A stretch of DNA of 64,000 nt. Origin: Escherichia phage AV116. The stretch lies in sequence record OR352946.1; one strand, 5' to 3'. The notes below the pieces were generated by a model. That model searched no databases. It had not been told where the DNA came from and saw nothing but the letters and a program-made list of their open reading frames with translations. Positions 36,568 to 47,627 of the stretch are shown here, piece by piece; within the stretch, counting starts at the first letter, position 1; each line of letters begins with the position of its first letter. Made by a program: the position numbers and the translations under genes.

Positions 36568-39279
36568 TCAAAAATCAAACATATCGAACAGAGATGCTTT
36601 CTTCTCGTAATCGAGTTTAGCTGCTGATGTGAATCCTTCAAGTGGTTTAATAAATGTCTTCTCAAGGAGAACAGTGTAGTCCATCCAATGAAGTACATCG
36701 TCTTTAATTAAATCTGTGATTTCAGTACCAGAAGGCCATGCGATACATTTATCACCGAATGGGTTTCCTTCACGTAAAGGCAGAACATATACTTTTTCAC
36801 CTTCTACAACTTGCGGTGCATCGATATTACCTTTGATAGCCCGGTTATACGTCAGAATTCCACGAATATGGAACGGGCATTTAGGACCAGGGAATCCACC
36901 GACATCATATTTAGCAATGTTATTCGCAGAAGATACCGACGCGATGCTAATATAATTCAATTGACGGAATTCTTTTTCAAACTCTTTAAAATATTCTTGT
37001 AATGATTCTTCACCTTCTTGAAGCATACGACGAATACATTCTTTAAGAGCTTTCTGTACTGCTTTAGGGGTCGAAGATTTCTGAGTCTCTAGACCCATGA
37101 TTTTGAGTTTAGGCTCAGCGTAACGAGTGCCTTCCATATCCCACACGTTTAATGCATAACGTTTCTTACCAGTCCAGAATCCACCAATACCTTTAGAACC
37201 GAGCGGAGGACCAGCGATAGCTTCTCGGTCCATGAACATTAAGTGTTGTTTATTGTTCATGTATTCACACATTTCACGGAAACCTCTATCAATAGCTGGT
37301 TCCATACGTTCACGTGCAAACTTATCTAAGAAGTCTACCCAATGGTTGGTATCACGGAATTTAGATTCACCAACCTTATCGATAATTTTATCAGCAGATA
37401 CGTAAATAGAGTCTGTATCACCATAAAGAACGAAAGCTTCACCTTCTGTACCACAAACTTCATTCAGATATTCATTAACTTTACGTTCAATCCACTGTAA
37501 AGCCATTTGCCCGAATGTTGTGATTGCAGTAGCATTACGCAAATCATAATAACGGAACCAAACGTTGCCAAGTGCACCATAAAGTGAGTTGATAAGCAAT
37601 TTACGGTTAATTTGTGCAGTCATACCTGCAACTTCAGTACGTTGAGCTCTAAACAACATTTCATTAAGAGATTTAGCAGACAACTTTTTAATCTTTTCTT
37701 TAATCTCATCACTGAAGTCGAAACGATAATCAACATCTAATGGTTCGTCAATAGAAAGATTAGGATTATGCAATGCCTCTTTAATTATTTCACCATTACG
37801 TTGAGCTGCAAGCATGTAACCTTTATGTTCTTTACGTTGATTAAAGACCTTAGTGATTTCAGTTGGAACTACACCATCACGGTCTTTATAATACATCATG
37901 CCGTTAGGAGAACAACTGTACACATCTGAAGGACGTTCAGCGATTGCGTTAATATAATCATGTAATGGAGCTACTTTAAACGTTCCTGCTATTGTTTCTG
38001 GGCTAATATTCACTTGGCGAATGATGCTTGGATACAGAGATGTAAGGTCGAAACTCATTACATATTTGTATCGATTTGGAATAGGTTCCTTAACAAAAGC
38101 GCCGGGATAAGGTTGAACCGGGTGAGAACGACCTTGTGGAATCACCTTGTTCTGCTCTTTAAGGCTATTAAAAATAATAGCATCCCATGTTTTAATTGGG
38201 CTAAACACAGATTGAATCTGTATCTTAGCATAATAACCCATGTCCAAGCTCAAGTTGATGAACTGACGCTTAGCATCAATTTGCAATACACGATACACGT
38301 CGATAATGTTATAAGAAATATATCGTTGGTGATTGCTTTCACGAAGCTTAGAAATAGGGCCGTCATATTTCAGTTTACCAACGTTCAATTCAAATTCTGA
38401 AATGTAATCCAGAGAATACGACGGTTGATTGGTAAAAGAGAATTTTTTGTAAAGGTCAATGTAATCAAGAACAGAGATACCGAACAATGTAATGATTTCA
38501 CGAGAACCATACATGTTTTCGATAACTTTAACACGAGTTTTACGATGTGGCGATAAACGTTTCGCAGTAGATTCGCCAAAAATATTCTTGATTCGGTTAT
38601 ACACATATGGAATATCAAATGACTCAACGTTCCATCCGGTTAAAATGACAGGAGTTTTCTGTTGCCAGAAATTGAGATATTCCATCAATAATTCTTTTTC
38701 GTTATCGAACGGCATATAAATGATTTTATCGATAATTTCAGATGGAACTTCATCACCACCTTGTTCTTGAAGCTTAGCAGCGATTTCAATAGACCATTCT
38801 TCTACATTACCATACGGAGAATTCAATAGATCAAATACGTAGAACCTGTCGTCAATTGAGTCATAATGGGTGATAGCATCAATAGGATGCTTTGCTTGTG
38901 CCGGCTCAGGGAACCCGTCCGGAGATGTTACTTCGATGTCGAAGTTAGCCACACGAATTTTTGTATGGTCGTATTTGATTTCATAGTTATAAGTGTCAGA
39001 CAAATACGCCAATTTGAAATCGTCCATGCCAAGTGCTTCAAGTCCGATATCTTCCATGCGTTTAATCCATTGGGAGGCATCACGCATATTAGCGAACAAC
39101 TTACGAGTACACGGCTTACCGTAGATATCGAAATATTTCGTAGCCTGACTTTCTGGACAATGAGCAAACAGTGATGGTTTATATTCTACTTCACGAGTAC
39201 GTTCACGGCCATTAGAATCGATGTAACGTTCAAAAATTGAATCACCAATCTGTTCAACCGTTAAGTAAAATTCTTTCAT
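36568..39279 (-). CDS. 43: DNA polymerase (gp43, family B)
   Basis: 903 aa; YGDTDSIYV motif C, exonuclease motifs; T4 gp43-like. Confidence 0.95.
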   Translation of the reverse strand: MKEFYLTVEQIGDSIFERYIDSNGRERTREVEYKPSLFAHCPESQATKYFDIYGKPCTRKLFANMRDASQWIKRMEDIGLEALGMDDFKLAYLSDTYNYEIKYDHTKIRVANFDIEVTSPDGFPEPAQAKHPIDAITHYDSIDDRFYVFDLLNSPYGNVEEWSIEIAAKLQEQGGDEVPSEIIDKIIYMPFDNEKELLMEYLNFWQQKTPVILTGWNVESFDIPYVYNRIKNIFGESTAKRLSPHRKTRVKVIENMYGSREIITLFGISVLDYIDLYKKFSFTNQPSYSLDYISEFELNVGKLKYDGPISKLRESNHQRYISYNIIDVYRVLQIDAKRQFINLSLDMGYYAKIQIQSVFSPIKTWDAIIFNSLKEQNKVIPQGRSHPVQPYPGAFVKEPIPNRYKYVMSFDLTSLYPSIIRQVNISPETIAGTFKVAPLHDYINAIAERPSDVYSCSPNGMMYYKDRDGVVPTEITKVFNQRKEHKGYMLAAQRNGEIIKEALHNPNLSIDEPLDVDYRFDFSDEIKEKIKKLSAKSLNEMLFRAQRTEVAGMTAQINRKLLINSLYGALGNVWFRYYDLRNATAITTFGQMALQWIERKVNEYLNEVCGTEGEAFVLYGDTDSIYVSADKIIDKVGESKFRDTNHWVDFLDKFARERMEPAIDRGFREMCEYMNNKQHLMFMDREAIAGPPLGSKGIGGFWTGKKRYALNVWDMEGTRYAEPKLKIMGLETQKSSTPKAVQKALKECIRRMLQEGEESLQEYFKEFEKEFRQLNYISIASVSSANNIAKYDVGGFPGPKCPFHIRGILTYNRAIKGNIDAPQVVEGEKVYVLPLREGNPFGDKCIAWPSGTEITDLIKDDVLHWMDYTVLLEKTFIKPLEGFTSAAKLDYEKKASLFDMFDF

Positions 39280-39337
39280 TTAATTTCCTTTAGACGAGTT
39301 ATTGTCTTTTGTTTGTTGATGAACTTATTATACTCCA

Positions 39338-39357
39338 AATGGGACCGAAGTCCCATT
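39338..39357 (-). other. UUCG-loop hairpin between regA and gene 43
   Basis: Plus aatgggacCGAAgtcccatt, adjacent to TATAAT element. Confidence 0.35.
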
Positions 39358-39360
39358 GCT

Positions 39361-39729
39361 TTAATTACCAATTGTATATTTTGCTTTCAAAGTCCAGTCA
39401 TCTTTCTGTTTAAAAGAGATAACACGGAAGTTATTAGTCAGGCCAAACAGATCTTCACGAGCAGAGTCTTCAATAACAATCAAGCCCCAGTCTTCAAGCA
39501 ACTGAGCAATCGAATCACGTCGTTGGTAGTCTTCACCATCAATATCAACCTGACGTCCGTCCATACGCAGCATTTCTTTAAAGTGGACGATGTAGTATTT
39601 ACCTTGCTTTTGGAGGATATGACAAGACTGATAAAGAACTTTATCCTTGTTATTAGCGATGCCCATACGGGTCAGAGTCTCTTTGACTTTCAGAAAATCT
39701 TCGGGGTTCTTCAATTTAATTTCGATCAT
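39361..39729 (-). CDS. regA: translational repressor RegA
   Basis: 122 aa from ATG 39729; ...KPEDFLKVKETLTRMGIANNKDKVLYQSCHILQK...RVISFKQ matches T4 RegA. Confidence 0.85.
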   Translation of the reverse strand: MIEIKLKNPEDFLKVKETLTRMGIANNKDKVLYQSCHILQKQGKYYIVHFKEMLRMDGRQVDIDGEDYQRRDSIAQLLEDWGLIVIEDSAREDLFGLTNNFRVISFKQKDDWTLKAKYTIGN

Positions 39730-39731
39730 TT

Positions 39732-40295
39732 TTACCATTCCAATGCTAATTTTTTAAATTGTTTTTGTTCTTTCACATTTTTTGTAACTTCTTTGAGAAA
39801 CTCATCAGTGACCATGGCCTTCAGTTCTTTAAGGACTATTGGCAACTTGTTATTTTTTTCAAGGAGCCGCTTATACTCGGTAGCATCATTCATGTTGATT
39901 GTGTAATGTTTCATCAACAGTTTGATAACTAGTAACTCTGAAGTGTCTTCAACTAGTTTAGCCCATTTAGAGAATCGACGACCACGCGGAATTGCAGCCA
40001 TCATATAGTTGAAGTGCGCTTCATCACTTAATTCAGAACCGACTAAGTTCATCATGTAAACAGCTGGCATACATTCCGGGAACTGGGATAATGAGTTCTC
40101 AACCATAAATTTTGAGTAGTCGACCTGAGCAATTGACGTAGATTTCTTTTCATTAATAGCATTAATGATTTTAAAGAATTCATTCTCAGGTTTTTCTTTA
40201 AACATGTCAGCACATTTTTGAATCGCATCAGCGTCGTTAGACTTCCATGCAATTTGGTGCTCGTTAAGTTGGACGTCATCATCAAATAAGTTCAT
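39732..40295 (-). CDS. 62: clamp loader small subunit (gp62)
   Basis: 187 aa between regA and gene 44. Confidence 0.7.
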   Translation of the reverse strand: MNLFDDDVQLNEHQIAWKSNDADAIQKCADMFKEKPENEFFKIINAINEKKSTSIAQVDYSKFMVENSLSQFPECMPAVYMMNLVGSELSDEAHFNYMMAAIPRGRRFSKWAKLVEDTSELLVIKLLMKHYTINMNDATEYKRLLEKNNKLPIVLKELKAMVTDEFLKEVTKNVKEQKQFKKLALEW

Positions 40296-40296
40296 A

Positions 40297-41259
40297 TTAT
40301 TTCCAAGTCAGTTCGCAGGTCAGTTGAAGAAGCATATACATAACATGTAATTCAATATTACTTGCTAATCCATGAAACTTATTGTTTTCGCCTGCAATTT
40401 CATAAAGCGAAATAATACTTTTACCAGGTGCAACTTGGTCATAACATTCTGAAACTAATTTATCGATGAACCATGAATAATCTGCGGCATATTTTGGAGC
40501 TAATGCACGAAGTTGTTTGATATCTTTATTTTTCATTGCTTCTATGACATCATCTACCGTGCCACGGTCATTAGTTACGATAGACAAAATACCCGCATCA
40601 AGAACACCTTTAGACGAGTACTGGTCTAATTGACCAATTGTACGACGAAAGTCCGGGAAGTTCTTTTTAACCAGAGCTGCAACAACTTTCATATCAGCGA
40701 TTTCGATATTTTCGTTCTTACAGATTTCAACCATACGATGAATCATTTTCTTCATCATCGAGATTTTATCTTCTTCGGTTGGACGTCCGAATTCGATAAC
40801 TCGACAACGACTACGTAACGGTTCGATAATTCCATCGATGTTGTTAGCAGTAATAATAATAGAACAGTTACTAGAGAATTCTTCCATAAACGTACGAAGG
40901 TGACGTTGTGATTCGGCGAGGCCACTACGGTCAAATTCATCGATAACGATAACTTTCGGCTTGCCTTCCATTGAGACTGAACGAGCGAATGCAGTTAATG
41001 GACCACGCACAAAATCAATCTTACAATCAGAACCGTTGACGAACATCATTTCGGCATTAATATCATTACATAATGCTTTTGCTACGGTTGTTTTACCTGT
41101 ACCAGGAGAAGGAGAGTGTAAAATAATATGAGGAAGTTTTCCTTTAGATACTAAAGACTTGAATGTTTCATGGTCATACGCAGGCAGAATACATTCGTCA
41201 ATGGAAGAAGGACGATATTTCTGTTCTAGAATGTGTTCTTTGGAATTGATAGTAATCAT
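40297..41259 (-). CDS. 44: clamp loader large subunit (gp44, AAA+)
   Basis: 320 aa; Walker [11 protein letters not shown]. Confidence 0.9.
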   Translation of the reverse strand: MITINSKEHILEQKYRPSSIDECILPAYDHETFKSLVSKGKLPHIILHSPSPGTGKTTVAKALCNDINAEMMFVNGSDCKIDFVRGPLTAFARSVSMEGKPKVIVIDEFDRSGLAESQRHLRTFMEEFSSNCSIIITANNIDGIIEPLRSRCRVIEFGRPTEEDKISMMKKMIHRMVEICKNENIEIADMKVVAALVKKNFPDFRRTIGQLDQYSSKGVLDAGILSIVTNDRGTVDDVIEAMKNKDIKQLRALAPKYAADYSWFIDKLVSECYDQVAPGKSIISLYEIAGENNKFHGLASNIELHVMYMLLQLTCELTWK

Positions 41260-41334
41260 GTAATTTTCCTCATTATCATTAAACTGGAGGATTTCTCCTC
41301 CATAATCGTATCACAATAAACGTAAAGCTTTGAC

Positions 41335-42021
41335 TTAGAAGTCGTGAGTAGAATCGGCTTCCATCGCAATAACATAACTTACTTGAGAGCTTTCAAACTT
41401 GGCTGCAACTTTATCACCAGCTCCCCACAACATTACTTTATAGTTACCTGGCTGGATTTTCATATTAGCCATATTGATTACGAAGTTAAAGTTGTTAGAA
41501 CCATCATAATCGGTAAGAGTCAAAGAATACTTAGGACGAGTTAGTCCTGAATCTTCAACTTTATTATAGCCATTGATAACAATTTTACCATCTTTATTTG
41601 TAATAGCAATTGTATCAATCTGAAGACCACGTGAAACTCGAAGCAATTGTTGAAGGTCTTCAGCTTTAATTTCAGTAATCACAGAAGCTACTGGGAATTG
41701 AATTGGCTTATTAGGAAAAACAATTGTGCTCTTGTCAGCGGCAGGCCAATAAACTGTGGAACGTGTATCTGCAATTTTAATATTGCCATCAGTGTGCATT
41801 GAAATTTCAGCATCATCAGACACTAGACTCAAAATGCTTAAGAAGCTATTCAAATCATAAAGTGCTACGTCAAAATCAATTTCATCAGAGATATTTGCTT
41901 CCGCATAAGTGGTGCCATTAACTGCACGAGTCATAATAAATTTACCTTGACTCAGCAGAATGCCAGAGTTAATAGAAGCGAAGTTTTTCAGAATATTTAC
42001 GGTTTCACGGCTAAGTTTCAT
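41335..42021 (-). CDS. 45: sliding clamp (gp45)
   Basis: 228 aa; MKLSRETVNILKNFASINSGI...ADSTHDF matches T4 gp45. Confidence 0.9.
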   Translation of the reverse strand: MKLSRETVNILKNFASINSGILLSQGKFIMTRAVNGTTYAEANISDEIDFDVALYDLNSFLSILSLVSDDAEISMHTDGNIKIADTRSTVYWPAADKSTIVFPNKPIQFPVASVITEIKAEDLQQLLRVSRGLQIDTIAITNKDGKIVINGYNKVEDSGLTRPKYSLTLTDYDGSNNFNFVINMANMKIQPGNYKVMLWGAGDKVAAKFESSQVSYVIAMEADSTHDF

Positions 42022-42917
42022 TTAGGTTTCCTATTAGCATAATAATTTGTCCAAGTCCGGATAGCACCTTGGTATGATTCATCATTAAAACCATGCTGAA
42101 TTGCATGTTTTCTAAATGTAATATAACTTGGTTTTCCTAAAGCAATCCACAATTCCTTTAATTTTTGTTCATGAAATATCCATGTACCTCTAGCTTTAGA
42201 TTTTCTGAATTTATCCTTAAATTCTTTGGTTGCATTTCTTTTCGAAGCTGCGATAGAGGCCTTTGCTCTATTTTCAGGTTTAGACCAATACAATGTTTTA
42301 GATATTTTTATTTTATCTTTAACATTAGGAGAATTCATTATATCTTTAAATTTTAAAGCAAAATCTCTATCGTTAAACATTTTTTTAGAACGAATAGAAA
42401 CTTTCTCTCTTCGTTCTTTGGTCCAATATGTTTTTTGAAATTCTCTAATTGCGTTTAAATGATTCTCCGACAATTTGCAATTTTTTCTAACACCGACGTA
42501 ATCTTCGTTTATTTCGTTTTTAGAAAGTTTTACTATTTTGCCTGTTTTTAAATTTTTATACGGTGCATATCCTTTAGCTGATATTCTAGACTTCTCGTTA
42601 GCATAAGCCTTATTAAAATATTTTTCATTTGAAACGGCTTTAACATTGAGTTGGAATAGTCTTTCTATTCTTCTAGGGTCTAATGTGGTTTCGCCTAAAA
42701 TTTTTACAGAATATTCGCCTTGGTCTATTAATCTGTTATATAAAGGAGAATACGAGGAATTAACACTACCGGTATATATTTTACCGGTAGAATCTTCAAT
42801 AATATCCTTTCCATTAAAATGACACGAAACTTTAGAACCTATATAATAACACGGGTATTCATTTTTAATCTCACGATTATAAAAGGTTATAAGATATATT
42901 AAATTCATAATTATCAA
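42018..42917 (-). CDS. GIY-YIG homing endonuclease (Seg-like)
   Basis: LIYLITFYNREIKNEYPCYYIGSKV; basic C-terminal DNA-binding region; AT-rich. Confidence 0.65.
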   Translation of the reverse strand: MIIMNLIYLITFYNREIKNEYPCYYIGSKVSCHFNGKDIIEDSTGKIYTGSVNSSYSPLYNRLIDQGEYSVKILGETTLDPRRIERLFQLNVKAVSNEKYFNKAYANEKSRISAKGYAPYKNLKTGKIVKLSKNEINEDYVGVRKNCKLSENHLNAIREFQKTYWTKERREKVSIRSKKMFNDRDFALKFKDIMNSPNVKDKIKISKTLYWSKPENRAKASIAASKRNATKEFKDKFRKSKARGTWIFHEQKLKELWIALGKPSYITFRKHAIQHGFNDESYQGAIRTWTNYYANRKPK

Positions 42918-43330
42918 GCAACAACCATCTGCTTTTTAATAGCTTCAGGCAGTGATTCAATATATTCTGGAATTTTAGAAGCAACAATTTCGCCAGCTGC
43001 AATTAGTTGTTCGTCGGCATCAACACAGTAAAAATCTTCAAGGCGTTCAGAACCGTCTTTATCAAGAACGATTTTAGCACCTGCTTCGATAGAATCTTTA
43101 TAGTGCTTACGCATCAAATGAATCCACATATCAGACACATCGTTATCAATAAAACCATAAATCATAAAACGAGTTTCTTGTGGCAAAGATTGGAGTTTTT
43201 TAGCACTTGCGTCATCACAATGCAGGACCCATGCTTTACGAACACGATTATGGTTATGTGGGTTAGCGTCAGTACGGATAGAAGTAACTTTCAGATCAGC
43301 AGCAGTGAAACCTTTAGCAGTAGTAAACAT
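42914..43330 (-). CDS. rpbA: RpbA-like protein (RNA polymerase binding protein position)
   Basis: 138-aa ORF between 45 and 46; synteny only. Confidence 0.4.
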   Translation of the reverse strand: MFTTAKGFTAADLKVTSIRTDANPHNHNRVRKAWVLHCDDASAKKLQSLPQETRFMIYGFIDNDVSDMWIHLMRKHYKDSIEAGAKIVLDKDGSERLEDFYCVDADEQLIAAGEIVASKIPEYIESLPEAIKKQMVVA

Positions 43331-43342
43331 ATTATTTCTCTC

Positions 43343-43543
43343 TTATTCGTAGAAGTCGGTAACTGTCCATGCGGAATTGCGATTAGACATTATTTTATTA
43401 TACTCATCTTTAAAAGCAGATTTGAGCATTTGTTCAGTAACAATATGTTCTTCACCTGAAAACGTATTGGTCAAAACATATTTTTTAATTTCAGGGACAA
43501 CGAGAAGATGTTGTCCAGTTGAATACTCCATGTTGTTCTCCAT
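43343..43543 (-). CDS. hypothetical protein (45.2 position)
   Basis: 66-aa ORF. Confidence 0.4.
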   Translation of the reverse strand: MENNMEYSTGQHLLVVPEIKKYVLTNTFSGEEHIVTEQMLKSAFKDEYNKIMSNRNSAWTVTDFYE

Positions 43544-43585
43544 TTAACACGATGTGGTCATTATAACCACATCGTGTTAAAGCGT

Positions 43586-45274
43586 TTATGAAACAGTCAT
43601 TACCGTAAATCGTCCAACTTTGCTCATTTGAAGATGTTGTCCATAAGCTTGTGGGTCATGGTCTCTGTGACTAATTATAAACACGTTTGCATCGGTTAGA
43701 GAGTTAAGAATTGTTGAAATAGCTTTAATACCTTCAGAATCAGTCGCGGAATCCATGACTTCGTCCATAATTAATGTATTGATTCTAACACCAGAGACCT
43801 TTTCAGCAATATCTCGCCATGTAAACAACAACGCGATATCGATACGTGCTTTTTCACCTTGACTAAATGAAGCATAACTGAACTCTTCACGACCACGTGA
43901 TTTTATAGATTCATTGAATTCTTCGTCAATAGAAAACACGTAATCAGCTTCCATGATTTTAAGATAATGGTTAATCTGCTTGTTGAACAGAGGCACATAT
44001 TTTTTAATGATAGCACCTTTAATACCAGAATCTTTTAACATATCTGTGATAATACCACGATGGTATTTTTCAAGAACGATATCCGATTTTGTTTTAATGA
44101 TTTTATCAAGTTCTTTTTGAAGCAAAGCTATCTCATCGGCATGGTCGATAAATTCCGCTGAGGCTTGTTCTATTGCAGCTTTAACTTTCTTAGCTTTATC
44201 AATAGTGGCAATCATTGCTTGTTTCTTGGTACGAATATCAGATGCAAGGTCCTGTTTAGTCTTAACATTAGCTCTATATTCGTCCACTAGGACACTCAGA
44301 TTATCTCTGTGGCAGGTAAGTTGCTCGAATGAGTGATTACATTCATGAAGCTTATCGGTAATCTTAGAGACAATAGGATCACCCTGGTGCAACTGTGATG
44401 CGCAAGTAGGACATGTACCGCCATCATGATACATCTTAATAACTTTGTTGTATGAGTCAATTTTAGATTTAATCAAGAATGCTTCTTGTCCTATCTTGTT
44501 GAATGCCTCAGTAGGGTCTTCATCAAGAACGATATTAAGTAGTCGCTCATTAGCTTCTTCGATTTCTGCTTTTAATGAACGAGCTTCTTTAGCTAGGTCG
44601 TCATACATATTCTGTAGACGCGCTACATTATCACCAGATAATTTCTTTTGACGTTCGATATTCTCGTTATAAATCTTAATTTGTTGGATAACACCATCTT
44701 TCTTGGCATCGAGAACTTGTCCCTGGGAATTAAGTTCTCGAACTTGAGACTTATTGATTTTATCCATTTCAGCGAGTGTGCCGACTTCTAAAAGGTCTTC
44801 GACAAGTTTTCTACGAGCAGGGGTGCTAAGAGCCATGAAAGGGGTATACCCTGCCGTCCCAAGCACAACGATCTGTTTAAAAGACGCGTATGACATTCCG
44901 ATGCTACGTTCAAATTCTTCTTGGAAGTCACGACTGCTGGCAGATTCATCAAGACGAACACCGTCAACGGAGATTTCGAAAATATTGGGCTTTTGGCCAC
45001 GTTTAATGAAGTATTTTTTATCATCGAATTCCATCCAAAGCTCAACTAAGAGCTCTTTCTTGTTCGTGCTATTAATGATTTGTCCTTTCTTAACATCACG
45101 AAATGGTTTACCGAAAAGTCCGAAAGTAATGGCTTCTAACATCGTAGATTTACCACCGCCATTTTTACCAGTGATTAATGTCTTTTGAACTTTATCTAAT
45201 TGGATATCAATAGGATTCCCACCTACCGACATGATGTTTTGATAACGAACACGATTTAATTTAAATGATTTCAT
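43586..45274 (-). CDS. 46: recombination endonuclease subunit gp46 (Rad50/SbcC-like)
   Basis: 562 aa; Walker A GKNGGGKST, zinc hook CPTC, coiled coil. Confidence 0.9.
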   Translation of the reverse strand: MKSFKLNRVRYQNIMSVGGNPIDIQLDKVQKTLITGKNGGGKSTMLEAITFGLFGKPFRDVKKGQIINSTNKKELLVELWMEFDDKKYFIKRGQKPNIFEISVDGVRLDESASSRDFQEEFERSIGMSYASFKQIVVLGTAGYTPFMALSTPARRKLVEDLLEVGTLAEMDKINKSQVRELNSQGQVLDAKKDGVIQQIKIYNENIERQKKLSGDNVARLQNMYDDLAKEARSLKAEIEEANERLLNIVLDEDPTEAFNKIGQEAFLIKSKIDSYNKVIKMYHDGGTCPTCASQLHQGDPIVSKITDKLHECNHSFEQLTCHRDNLSVLVDEYRANVKTKQDLASDIRTKKQAMIATIDKAKKVKAAIEQASAEFIDHADEIALLQKELDKIIKTKSDIVLEKYHRGIITDMLKDSGIKGAIIKKYVPLFNKQINHYLKIMEADYVFSIDEEFNESIKSRGREEFSYASFSQGEKARIDIALLFTWRDIAEKVSGVRINTLIMDEVMDSATDSEGIKAISTILNSLTDANVFIISHRDHDPQAYGQHLQMSKVGRFTVMTVS

Positions 45275-45525
45275 ATGTATTCTCTTCGAATGAAGTCCTC
45301 TACATATTTTAACATGTCATCCCTATCAGCAAAATATTCATCTAGTTCTGCATACATAACAACACCTGGTGCATACTCACAGGTAACATACATTGTTCCA
45401 AAGAAACGAGGAGTTGATTCCTCGTAATTCTCAGTCCATTCAACGATACCAATATAACCGTCACCAATACTAAATTCATGACGATGGATTTCATAATCAG
45501 TCTTCGTCATTATACGCATCCTCAA
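45271..45525 (-). CDS. hypothetical protein (46.1 position)
   Basis: 84-aa ORF. Confidence 0.45.
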   Translation of the reverse strand: MRMRIMTKTDYEIHRHEFSIGDGYIGIVEWTENYEESTPRFFGTMYVTCEYAPGVVMYAELDEYFADRDDMLKYVEDFIRREYI

Positions 45526-45754
45526 TACACGCTTCAGCCATTTTAAGAATAGAGCCAGGAGTATCGTTGTCCATTATATTAAAGCTAAATTCAATAGCCC
45601 AGTCGGTGCAGACATGAACTGCTTTAACTTCATTGCCTTCAACGCGTAATGGCTCAATCCAATACTTGATAGTGTTCTCGAATCCATCGTCATCTTTAAC
45701 GTCCATTTCAACTTCAAGCCTGAGTCCAGCATTGTTAAATTCATCTAAAGTCAT
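45497..45754 (-). CDS. hypothetical protein (46.2 position)
   Basis: 85-aa ORF. Confidence 0.45.
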   Translation of the reverse strand: MTLDEFNNAGLRLEVEMDVKDDDGFENTIKYWIEPLRVEGNEVKAVHVCTDWAIEFSFNIMDNDTPGSILKMAEACIEDAYNDED

Positions 45755-46773
45755 TGTGTTGCCTCAATATAAAGTTCGTTGGAATATTTGACCAGCGCTT
45801 CTCTGTCTTCATCTGAGATATCTGGAATCGCGTCAATATATTCTTTAATGATATCTTGAAGTGATTTAATCTCGATTTCCTGGTCGTCATCAGATTCAAC
45901 ACTGTTATCAACTTTAGAAACCATACGAAGAGAGTGAACTACTTTTTCAAGTTCAGATTCAAACTTAGTCAACTCTGAATCAATTTCTGATACTATAACA
46001 CGTACGGCTAGATTAGTATAATCAGAATAATTGATTTTGCCTTTAAATGGATAAGTGATTCGTCGATGCCATGTTGTTTCATTAGGAATAAATTCCATAC
46101 GTTCAACATCAGTGTCAAATACCCAGAATCCGCGCGGGTCGTTCTCATCACCTGCAGTAAGGGTCCATGGTGTCCCAATATATTTGACGTTAGCAGCTTC
46201 AGAGATTGTGTGGAAGTGGCCGGACCAGACTTGTTTATAGGTCTTTAAGAAATCAGGTTCAAGCCCATGAGACTTCATTCCTTTATAGAAATAGAAGCCA
46301 TTTAATTCCCAGTGCCCAACACAATACGCTGCAGAAGAAGTCTTGATGTGCTCTAAGATTTCACCTGTATTTTCTTCACACATCCATGGAATCAAATCAA
46401 TCAAGCACCCATCAAAATCTACTGTAGTTGGCTTATCATAAATTATTACGTTTTTACGATGGCTCAATAATTCTTGAACAGTGTTAGGATATAAGGTTGT
46501 TTTATAAAAGAGATCATGATTCCCAAGTATTGTATGGACTGTTATACCAGCGGCTTCCACCAAATCAAACATTTCACGCGTGAATTCCATACAACGTTGT
46601 GTGGTGTGGGCTCTGACATCAAATGTATCACCATATTGAATCCATGTTGTTATTCCATTTGCGACGGAATAGTCGATCATTTGTCTGAAACCGTCACGTT
46701 GTATAGCTTGAATCCAATCGTCGTCTTTTTTGACGCCTAGATGCAAATCGCCTATATTAAGTATTTTCATCAC
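45751..46773 (-). CDS. 47: recombination endonuclease subunit gp47 (Mre11/SbcD-like)
   Basis: 340 aa; phosphoesterase motifs GDLHLG, GNHD. Confidence 0.9.
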   Translation of the reverse strand: MMKILNIGDLHLGVKKDDDWIQAIQRDGFRQMIDYSVANGITTWIQYGDTFDVRAHTTQRCMEFTREMFDLVEAAGITVHTILGNHDLFYKTTLYPNTVQELLSHRKNVIIYDKPTTVDFDGCLIDLIPWMCEENTGEILEHIKTSSAAYCVGHWELNGFYFYKGMKSHGLEPDFLKTYKQVWSGHFHTISEAANVKYIGTPWTLTAGDENDPRGFWVFDTDVERMEFIPNETTWHRRITYPFKGKINYSDYTNLAVRVIVSEIDSELTKFESELEKVVHSLRMVSKVDNSVESDDDQEIEIKSLQDIIKEYIDAIPDISDEDREALVKYSNELYIEATQ

Positions 46774-47573
46774 ATACCTTTAAATTTGGAGTAAATTATA
46801 TTGTGGTACGATATATCAGGAAACCCTTTATCGACCGCAATTTTTCTAAACTTATTAGGACTTATTTTACCACACTCCATCCATAATGCAAACAACTCGT
46901 CAAAATGCTCATATGCTGGACCTCGACGAGCTTTTGACACAGCAGCACTTATGCGAGCCTTTTTCTCAGAATCAAGGTTTTTAAGAGAATTACTTATTTT
47001 ATTTTTTTGCTCTTCTGAATTGAAGGTGCCTTTTTCCCAGCCTAAAGGTTGGCTTCCTTCATGGAACATTTTTCTTGAAGTTCCATTGGTATACCATATT
47101 TTACCTTTATTGTGCCCTGATGCTTTATATTTTGGTGAGCGTCCTTTTATAAATCCTTCAGGTATAGTAGGAGCAAATGTTTGTTCAAGGGTTTCTGGGT
47201 TATACGAATGTATGTTATTTTTGGCGTTATGAGACCCATATAATGGGTGATTTTTACCAGAAACATCACGCCCAAAGAAACCAGTTGGTGATGCCAAAGA
47301 CATATTCATATACAAAGGATTTTTATGAGCTTGAACTCTAATTTGATAGTCCTTTTCCACCTTTAAAGCTTCTTCTCGTGTTGGATGTTCGCTCAAAATA
47401 CAAGAATCAAACAACGTAGGATTTTCTAAAAGTTCTTTGTTATAAATTTTACGATAGGCTTTAGATAGAATAGTACCATGATACCCGTTTAAATGTTTTT
47501 CTAAGCTAGTCGAACCTATGTAAAAAGGTGGTAGCTTATCTCCAGAATAAATTGTCAAATAGACTATAAACAT
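46770..47573 (-). CDS. GIY-YIG homing endonuclease with NUMOD3 repeats (Seg-like)
   Basis: 267 aa from ATG 47573 (MFIVYLTIYSGDKLPPFYIGSTS...); paralog of 11704..12387. Confidence 0.8.
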   Translation of the reverse strand: MFIVYLTIYSGDKLPPFYIGSTSLEKHLNGYHGTILSKAYRKIYNKELLENPTLFDSCILSEHPTREEALKVEKDYQIRVQAHKNPLYMNMSLASPTGFFGRDVSGKNHPLYGSHNAKNNIHSYNPETLEQTFAPTIPEGFIKGRSPKYKASGHNKGKIWYTNGTSRKMFHEGSQPLGWEKGTFNSEEQKNKISNSLKNLDSEKKARISAAVSKARRGPAYEHFDELFALWMECGKISPNKFRKIAVDKGFPDISYHNIIYSKFKGM

Positions 47574-47597
47574 ATATTTCTCCTTTGATTTAAGGAG

Positions 47598-47627
47598 ATT
47601 ATAACACGCCTTTAATGAAGCGTAAAC
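47598..47627 (-). promoter_or_regulatory. early promoter (GTTTAC-N18-TATAAT) for the Seg-like gene
   Basis: Minus GTTTACgcttcattaaaggcgtgtTATAAT then AAGGAGAA RBS. Confidence 0.5.
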
